Source of the DNA: a virus
Lineage: Duplodnaviria > Caudoviricetes
Length of the DNA: 64,000 nt
Virus record (IMG/VR): IMGVR_UViG_3300042013_000018
Location: 20,050-84,049 of that record
Direction: 5' to 3' (one strand)
Part shown: in pieces, positions 57,134 through 64,000 of the stretch
How the letters are laid out: each line of letters begins with the position of its first letter
Position numbering within the stretch: position 1 is the first letter of the stretch
Program-made: the position numbers and the translations under genes
The notes under the pieces: generated by a model
The model's database searches: none
What the model was told of the DNA's origin: nothing
The model's input: only the letters and a program-made list of their open reading frames with translations

Positions 57134-60100
57134 TCAAAACCAAAACTCAAGCCACCCTAGCACACCACATGACACAATCCCTATCGAAGCTGTCGTCACA
57201 ACCACCCCCACACCCCAGAAGAAACTTGACAAGACAGACAGGATAAATTCTCTACTACCTCTCATGTAATACAGCAGGCATCCTATCAATGTCCACATAC
57301 CAAGATAGCTCAACCCTATGATTTGGATGGCCATCATTTCTCCTCACGAGCTTTGAGGAGGTTGCCACATGTTTCGGCTATTAGCTTCAAGAGACCACGT
57401 TGTTCGAGAGAGTTGTCTGTCACTTTAGAACTGAATTCGTGTATAGCCTCGACAGCTTCAACGAAGTCTGATAGCTGCTCTTTGAGTTGTTTTATCTCTA
57501 ACTCTTCCAAGACGAAAAGATCATTCATCAGCTTGAGTTGTTCTTTCACTTCGTCAACGTTCATTGAGGGTGACTCTTGCTCAACCTGTACAACTGGCTG
57601 CAACGGTCCAACAAACTCAGCTGGTTTAGGTACAAGCTCAACCACTTGATAGTTTTCGTCAAGCCAATCAGGGAGGAGGTCTTTAAAGAAGTAGTCGCGT
57701 GAATCACGTACAACGTAGAACACTTTAGGAAGTTTGATTGAATTACTCATCTTAATTCACCCGTGCAATAGAGGCATATGCCTGTGCAAGAGTCTTCTTA
57801 ACACGAGTCTTCTGGTCAGGGAACCGCTGTACGCGGTAGCCCCCTTCAACCAATTTGGTAATCAAGCCTACAAAGTTACCTTGCGAATCGTACATGCGGC
57901 GTACAGATGAACCCGACACAGGTGAAAAATGAGCTTTAACAGCGTTAGATTTAGCCATGTTAATAATCTCCGATTGGTCGCACCGTTATTGGTGCTAATA
58001 AAAGTTTAGGCATTCTGTGACTGAATGGTTTATCGCCTCTACTGCTTCGGAAGGATTCACTTCAAGCCTGCCCTATTTTATCCCCTTGCCTTAGCGGCGT
58101 CTTGGGTAGGTCTTTTCTCTCTTCTTGTTGCCAATACTAAAGAGGTGCGGACGGTCTGTCAACACCTTTGTGCAAGATTCTTTGAATTATTTTTAAGTCA
58201 TTGATGCATAACACAATTCTCGTAAATCCAAGCTCCTGATTCGTCCTTTGTGAAAGCAAACTCAACAATATAGTTGGTCAGACGTCGCCAATTATGCCCA
58301 CCTTGATGGACAGCCACCTGCCCAGAGTCATCCATTTTGAATACTTCCCGAGCGCTGACTACTACCTCTTCGCCTGTCGCTTGATCAATAACTCTGTACT
58401 TCATGCTGTGTCTCTCCTGACTTGTTCGACAGAAATCCTCTGTCATTCTCTGTATCGGCTGATTTTGGGGAATCTTTAGGGTTTCTGCGAAATAATTTCA
58501 TCTAATGCTTCGTCCAACACATCACCGTAAAAATAGGGTGATGTCCCATCTGTCATTTCAAGCTGTACGTGTGTGCTGATGTTATGGTTTCTCAGGTGTA
58601 GATACCTAGCGGAATTAACAGAAAGATTTTTAATCTCAAGCTCAAGCTTTTTCTGGTATGCTTCTAGATCCTTTACTTTCCCGTACCACAAATCACAGAT
58701 GGAATCTAGTCGATCATAATCAGCCTTCAATACAAGACTAATCCGACCAAGAGCTTCACCCTCAACCAAACCTGCCTTGGTGACGTGATAGTATTTTACT
58801 TTGATCATGTTCTCTGCTCCAAGCTATCTTTCCAATTTTCACAATCATGTGTACGACCAATTCTGACAAACTTCCCACCACTGAACATATTCAAATCAAG
58901 TCGTTGCCATTGATCTTCATAAGCATACGGCTCAAGATTGTAGCCATGCCAGACACCATCAGCATCTTGTGCGATATATTCTACCCAATCAGGGATGTCC
59001 TTCCATTTAGGCTTGCTCAAAATAATTCTCCTCATTAACAAAATTAACAACCCACCCCACAGTATCCATATACTCTACATCATCCTCACTCATGCTCCCC
59101 TCCATCTGAACAAGCCAGCTGTTAACCCATTGCTGGAAAGCCACTTCTCCCATATGCATCCCTGATAGAGCATCTTGGATGCATTCAAATTGAGTATCTG
59201 TTAGGCATGCTTTACCAGATGCAGACAGAAGGGATTGCTCAATGTGTTGGAGTGTGATAGTCATTTACTTTCTCCAACATTAACAGTGTATTAATATTCA
59301 CAGCTTCTTCTGTCTCAATGCTGATGTTTTCAGTTTTGTTACAGACATCTTCCATCATCTGTTCCACAAACGCAACACATTTTGATGAATATTCTTTCCT
59401 TGCATTCTTCAGCACCTCATACTCCCTATATGAGTCTCCAAACTCACATTCCCAGTACCTTTTCCGGGCATCGTAGACGTTTTGGCGTAAGGTTGATAGG
59501 TGAGCTAGGGGTGCAGATAAATCTGCTAAAGTGCTCATTTCCAACCACTAATTTCGTACCACAAACATGGACGATTCCACTCAACTGTGTAGCCAGCTTC
59601 ACGAAGGATAGCCACTTGTACTTCACTGATTTGGTCTTCCTCTTCACAACCTCTGTGGTCAAAATAAGCACAGTTATCCCCACCTTCTGCAACACGTTTA
59701 ATTTTGGAGTAGATATCACTCATATCTGTCTCTACACGGATATTTTGTTTAAGGTCTGAAAGCTTCATTGTGTAACTCCTAAAGCTTGATTAAAATAGCA
59801 TTCTGCCATACACACGGATATGTAACAAAGTCACGGTCATCAATAACAGCGTGCACACGAATACCAGACTCAGTATAGCCATCATGTGTGACTTTAAACT
59901 TACAAAGAGCAACTTCATAAGGAGTCTCAAACTCTTGTAGTGCAACCTTACCAAGCCAGCCAAGATCAATGTTCATTTCAAATTCTCCTCATCAGTCTTT
60001 ATGGCAACATCAATTAACCGTTCAAGTTCTATAGAAGATGCCTTACAATCCCCTGCACAGTCGTAGAAATCCAGCCAACTTTCACTAAGCTCTTCAAAAG

Positions 60101-61545
60101 GAAGGCCAGATGTACGGACGAAGGCTGACCAGCGGCTAGCGTTGAGCCTATCTTCTGGGGTTAGCTTTTTAGATACTGTTGCTGTTTTACGTTTGGTTGT
60201 CATATCAATTCTCCAAATAGCGTTGATAAGCTTCTTGTGGGGTGCATTCTGGTGAAGTGCAATCAGAGTTCCAGTCAAAGTATGCTGTAGCAAGTTGGTA
60301 TGAATAGTTAGGATTATTTTTATTTAAAGTGGGCCCTCCTTTTAGTAAAAGAACCTCAAACTCTGCAATCCATTCGCGTTTAGTATTCATTTAATTAGCT
60401 CCAATTCATTCTCAGATACATCATGAATGTGGCCTAAAATAGAGTCTGATCTTAGATCATCTTCAAAACAAACATAGCGATTGTGTGGAGCAGCCGGGTG
60501 ATTTTCTTTGTCAGATGTGTAAGCTGCGTAGACTGTCACAGGAAAGCCATCTTCAGCACCAGTATAGGACATAATCTTTACTTTATCATCGGGTTTAAAT
60601 TTGTAATTCATCTTAAACTTCCTCACTAGGTATTGGATAAAAGAACCGACAGACCTCTGTCTGTTTCACGCTTACACACATGATAAGCCACGACTGATAC
60701 TTCTGCAAGGGCTCTTTAGTAAATCTGTAGCACATACTAGCCTTGGAGCAATCTGTGCCAGCACATTTTGTTAATGAGAATTCTTTCACACTATAAGTTC
60801 CCTTGCAAGAATAGACAGATCATTTGCATAGCCTTCAAAGTGATCAGATGTCCAATGAGGGCTATCCCCATTCAATTGGGTAATCATATTATCCACTTTC
60901 ATAGCTTCAATTCTGGCATTAATTTCACAGATCATTGCAAAGTATCTGAGGCTATATTCGTTCATAAATCACTCCAATTCAAATTAAAAGTTTTTGCCGC
61001 CTTCTTCATCAGACATCCAATGCTCCGATTTTCCATCACAATCTGTCGTTTGTCCAGTATCTGCCACGTATTTTCTTGTGGGCATTTCATGAGCGTAAAA
61101 CCTGCTGAGATGAGCTGAGAGCGGATGTTTGATGTATAGTTATTCTTCATATGCTTGTCTCATAAAAACCAACATACCAACCTCTTGCGTAAGAGTGGCT
61201 TGCCCATGTAGGCCAGTTGTCTTTATTTCGTGTACGAGTTTCAGACACACGATGTCTGCCGTCAAGTTTACCCAACCAATAGAACCAAGCTTTACCAGTC
61301 ATAAAATTCTCCAATTAATTTTTAATTTAGGCAGTCACAACCATGTGAACATACGCACCATATTGGTTATCTTTACGGTCTACAGCCTTACGTGCTGTAT
61401 CGCGAGTCTTGTATGTGCCAACGATTGCTTTAGTGTAGCGATTGATTACGTTGTACATGATGTTCTCTCCTAGAGGCTTATTTACTTTCGATGAAGCTAT
61501 ATTAGCCAAAAGAAAGCCCCTGCGCAAGCAATTATAATTAATCAC
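57134..61545 (-). other. Cluster of small early-type hypothetical ORFs
   Basis: Dense chain of 43-140-aa ORFs with GGAG RBSs and overlapping start/stop codons. Confidence 0.6.
58134..58162 (-). promoter_or_regulatory. sigma70 promoter
   Basis: TTGACA-17-TAGTAT. Confidence 0.7.
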
Positions 61546-61575
61546 TAGGCAGGGGCTGATAGAGTTTGTTTATGA

Positions 61576-61971
61576 TCACTTAGGCTCAAAGAAACGGAAG
61601 ACTAGCACTAGGCCAGAGATAGCCCACAAGAGAAAGCTACCGATTAAGGCAAATACTCCGATAGATGTCTGCTCTACCTTATCAATACTATAAGGCCACT
61701 TACATTCAATCGGTTTACCATCCTTTTCAAATTGTCTGTACAAAGAGTCATTAATACTGTCACCGAATACTTTGCCTGTGAGCTTGTCACGGAAGATACC
61801 AACAGTGTTATAGGACTTATTCCCTTTATGTGAAGACATATCTGCTCGTGTGTCAATCATTAATGCTTCACGCATTTCTTCTCTATTGCGATATTGTGCC
61901 CAGTCAAAAACCCATAACCCTATGAGAGATAGGGTGAGTGAGAGTAGGATTATTTTAGTCCAAGTTTTCAT
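61576..61971 (-). CDS. Two-TM membrane protein with a loop domain
   Basis: Hydrophobic segments at both ends (IILLSLTLSLIGLWVF; IGVFALIGSFLLWAISGLVLVF). Confidence 0.7.
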   Translation of the reverse strand: MKTWTKIILLSLTLSLIGLWVFDWAQYRNREEMREALMIDTRADMSSHKGNKSYNTVGIFRDKLTGKVFGDSINDSLYRQFEKDGKPIECKWPYSIDKVEQTSIGVFALIGSFLLWAISGLVLVFRFFEPK

Positions 61972-63341
61972 TTCTTCTCCACATAGCAGAATTTATCTGA
62001 TCCCATTACCTTAAGATAGGCGTCTTTCATGTATTGTAGCGCAACACCTTCCAACTCTTCCAATACAATTACGCTATCGTGCTCGGGCAAAAGCACCTCC
62101 CCTTGCATAATCAATTTGCTTGTCACGTCTGATAGAATTTCACTATCAATATATTGAAGATGAACACCTTGATCCTTGAAGAAATACTTTGCAATCGGGC
62201 TATTATGGTAGGCCACAGCCTGTACAGAATGTCCACTGCGAAATTCAAGCTCACCCTTGCTGTCAAAGTCAGGCTCAATACCATAGTACAAGCAATCAAC
62301 TTCTTGATCTGTGCCACGCTTATCATAATCATTCTTGTAATGAGTGGTGATGTTTGCACAAGTCTTTGGATACGACTTAGCATTCAAAGCAATCATTACA
62401 GTACGCTTCTGAAGATTACGCACAGGGTCATAATTTGGTTTACAATATTTAGCTTTAAACCACTCAATCTTTTCCTGATCTACATTAAGGAACGATAAGT
62501 CAGCACCATAAGGGTTATAGACACCATTCCACTCTGTAGCAATCCAACTCTCAAGACTCTCTTTATCTTCTTGCCACTCTTTCTCATAAAGCAAAGATGC
62601 GTGCATAGCTTTAAAGTCCAGCTCCACAACGGCCTTACCATTAAGTTTCAATTCAGCTCTCTCCTCTTGACTCAAGGTTTGTACGCCACCAGTTGTGTTA
62701 TACATGCGACCACCTAAAGTTAAACTATCAATGAATGATCTTTTATACATCTGAACAGGAAGAATATTACCTTCGTGCTCAATCTCCACCTCAGACAGCA
62801 AGTTGTTAAATGTCGTCATCTGCTGCCTGATGTCTTTAATTCCTGTAAAACCACGATTACTTTTGATTTCTTTGGTAGCTCTATCTTTAACTTCAACAAC
62901 ACTTATGACATCAATCTCATCGGATACGTCTGTACCTTGCCATAAAGACAGATATTTTTGTGTGAAGATGACACGACTACCCACCTTATCCATCTCATTC
63001 CAATCTGTGATGCCACCAATGTAAGACACAAGATAACCCAATTCAGACAGGGAGTCAACAAGAGAAATCATCTTTCTATGGCGGATAGACTGACTGTTGG
63101 CTTTATATGGCAAAAAGTCACGAGGAATACACAGCCCCTGAGCACCATATTTGATAGCTCTTGCTGTGTTAGTGACTAAAGTCCATATCTCTTTTGTGTA
63201 GCCTAATCCTACTTCAATCTCTATTCCTTCGTATACGTGTTTATATTTGTTTGTTCTGTTGTAATGAATGTTAAAGTGAGTACATAAGGTAAATACATTC
63301 TTTCTCTCTTCTTTATTCATAGTCCATAGCTTTAGTATCAA
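61968..63341 (-). CDS. Compact polymerase of the PolA/T7-RNAP superfamily
   Basis: GGRMY, VVELDFKAMH (motif A), RNLQKRTVMIALN (motif B-like), EHDSVIV (motif C). Confidence 0.7.
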   Translation of the reverse strand: MILKLWTMNKEERKNVFTLCTHFNIHYNRTNKYKHVYEGIEIEVGLGYTKEIWTLVTNTARAIKYGAQGLCIPRDFLPYKANSQSIRHRKMISLVDSLSELGYLVSYIGGITDWNEMDKVGSRVIFTQKYLSLWQGTDVSDEIDVISVVEVKDRATKEIKSNRGFTGIKDIRQQMTTFNNLLSEVEIEHEGNILPVQMYKRSFIDSLTLGGRMYNTTGGVQTLSQEERAELKLNGKAVVELDFKAMHASLLYEKEWQEDKESLESWIATEWNGVYNPYGADLSFLNVDQEKIEWFKAKYCKPNYDPVRNLQKRTVMIALNAKSYPKTCANITTHYKNDYDKRGTDQEVDCLYYGIEPDFDSKGELEFRSGHSVQAVAYHNSPIAKYFFKDQGVHLQYIDSEILSDVTSKLIMQGEVLLPEHDSVIVLEELEGVALQYMKDAYLKVMGSDKFCYVEKK

Positions 63342-63410
63342 TCTCTTTAACCTCCTTTAAGATGTATGTAATAGTAGTAATATAGTTAAGTTATAAGATA
63401 GTCAAGCATT

Positions 63411-63659
63411 TTAGGCTGTAAGCCCCGTGGTATAAGGGCTGGAGCTGTTTACTTCTACATTCTTATCCACTGTGAATTGCCTCAGTTTAACACTCTTTAC
63501 TTTCCCAAGCAACTCACCATTATAAATCATTTCCTCTGCTAACTGCACAGCTTTCAAAATGTCAGGCTCATGTATCAAAGTCCAAGCATCAAAGTAAGTG
63601 CCATTAGCACCTTTGTGGGACTGCATGACAAGATATTCTGTAATAGTTCTAAGTTCCAT
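63411..63659 (-). CDS. Hypothetical protein (start corrected to 63659)
   Basis: AAGG RBS, MELRTITEYLVMQ...; follows the promoter at 63690-63718. Confidence 0.55.
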   Translation of the reverse strand: MELRTITEYLVMQSHKGANGTYFDAWTLIHEPDILKAVQLAEEMIYNGELLGKVKSVKLRQFTVDKNVEVNSSSPYTTGLTA

Positions 63660-63689
63660 CCTTAATGCCTTCCAATAAAATGTCAGCCA

Positions 63690-63848
63690 AGTATCTACCA
63701 CACTTAATCCCATGTCAACCCCTCACGACAACATTTTTCTGTGCTAGGCTCTACCCACCATCCCGCAAGCGTGTGTAGGGGTGTTCAGAAGGTGTGGGAG
63801 AATAATTTCTGAATAGGGCTTGACGTAGGGTGATCTGTGGAGTAAATT
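63690..63848. promoter_or_regulatory. Divergent sigma70 promoter pair
   Basis: Minus: TTGACA-17-GATACT (63718-63690); plus: TTGACG-17-TAAATT (63820-63848). Confidence 0.65.
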
Positions 63849-63893
63849 GGCTCCAACGAAATACAAACGTGGATTAATAGAGGAAGGATTGAG

Positions 63894-64000
63894 ATGAACA
63901 AGGTCTCTCAGAAAATTAGCGGTAAAATCATGAAATTCGCAAAATTCACTGTTCATGGTGACACACCAACAAATTTCTACGTGTTCGAACGTGGTGATGG
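63894..64000 (+). CDS. 5' part of a plus-strand gene truncated by the window edge
   Basis: GAGGAAGG RBS then MNKVSQKISGKIMKFAKFTVHGDTPTNFYVFERGD..., open to the end. Confidence 0.6.
   Translation, partial: MNKVSQKISGKIMKFAKFTVHGDTPTNFYVFERGD

Noticed and set aside
63744-63956. 70-aa minus-strand ORF at the window end
   Set aside because: Spans a divergent promoter region and is antisense to a plus-strand gene with a clear promoter and RBS starting at 63894.
1-64000. CRISPR or guide-RNA arrays, integrase, RT, transposase, or genetic-code reassignment
   Set aside because: No regularly spaced repeat-spacer array or such enzyme motifs were seen by eye. Core genes are intact in code 11.

Overview
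A 64-kb slice of a lytic, contractile-tailed (myovirus-type) phage genome. The host is probably a Gammaproteobacterium, possibly Pseudomonas; the layout resembles Pakpunavirus/Otagovirus-like phages (inference). About 0.77-35.3 kb is a minus-strand late block running (in transcription order) from terminase, portal, protease/scaffold, capsid, neck, sheath, three tube-like genes, tail chaperones with a -1 frameshift, tape measure and baseplate to two fibres, a beta-helix depolymerase and a six-gene lysis cassette. Upstream of terminase (29-33.6 kb) is an RNA-rich zone. It holds a tRNA-Thr(UGU), a ~250-nt hairpin RNA whose loops show anti-Shine-Dalgarno CUCC motifs, a second ~290-nt structured RNA, and structured leaders of two homing endonucleases. 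At 34.6-36.1 kb a divergent region carries an unannotated 41-aa ribbon-helix-helix ORF, a winged-helix protein, operator/iteron-like repeats and an orphan HigA-like HTH gene. About 35.8-50.4 kb is a plus-strand block: PhoH, ClpP-like protease, dCMP deaminase, phosphoesterase, SF2-helicase-like protein, HNH genes and many small ORFs, including three very acidic microproteins. About 51.3-63.7 kb is a minus-strand early-type block of small ORFs with many sigma70 promoters (several nested in terminator hairpins) and a compact T7-RNAP/PolA-like protein. No CRISPR array, integrase or reverse transcriptase was seen. All protein-family calls come from motif recognition by eye, not database searches.
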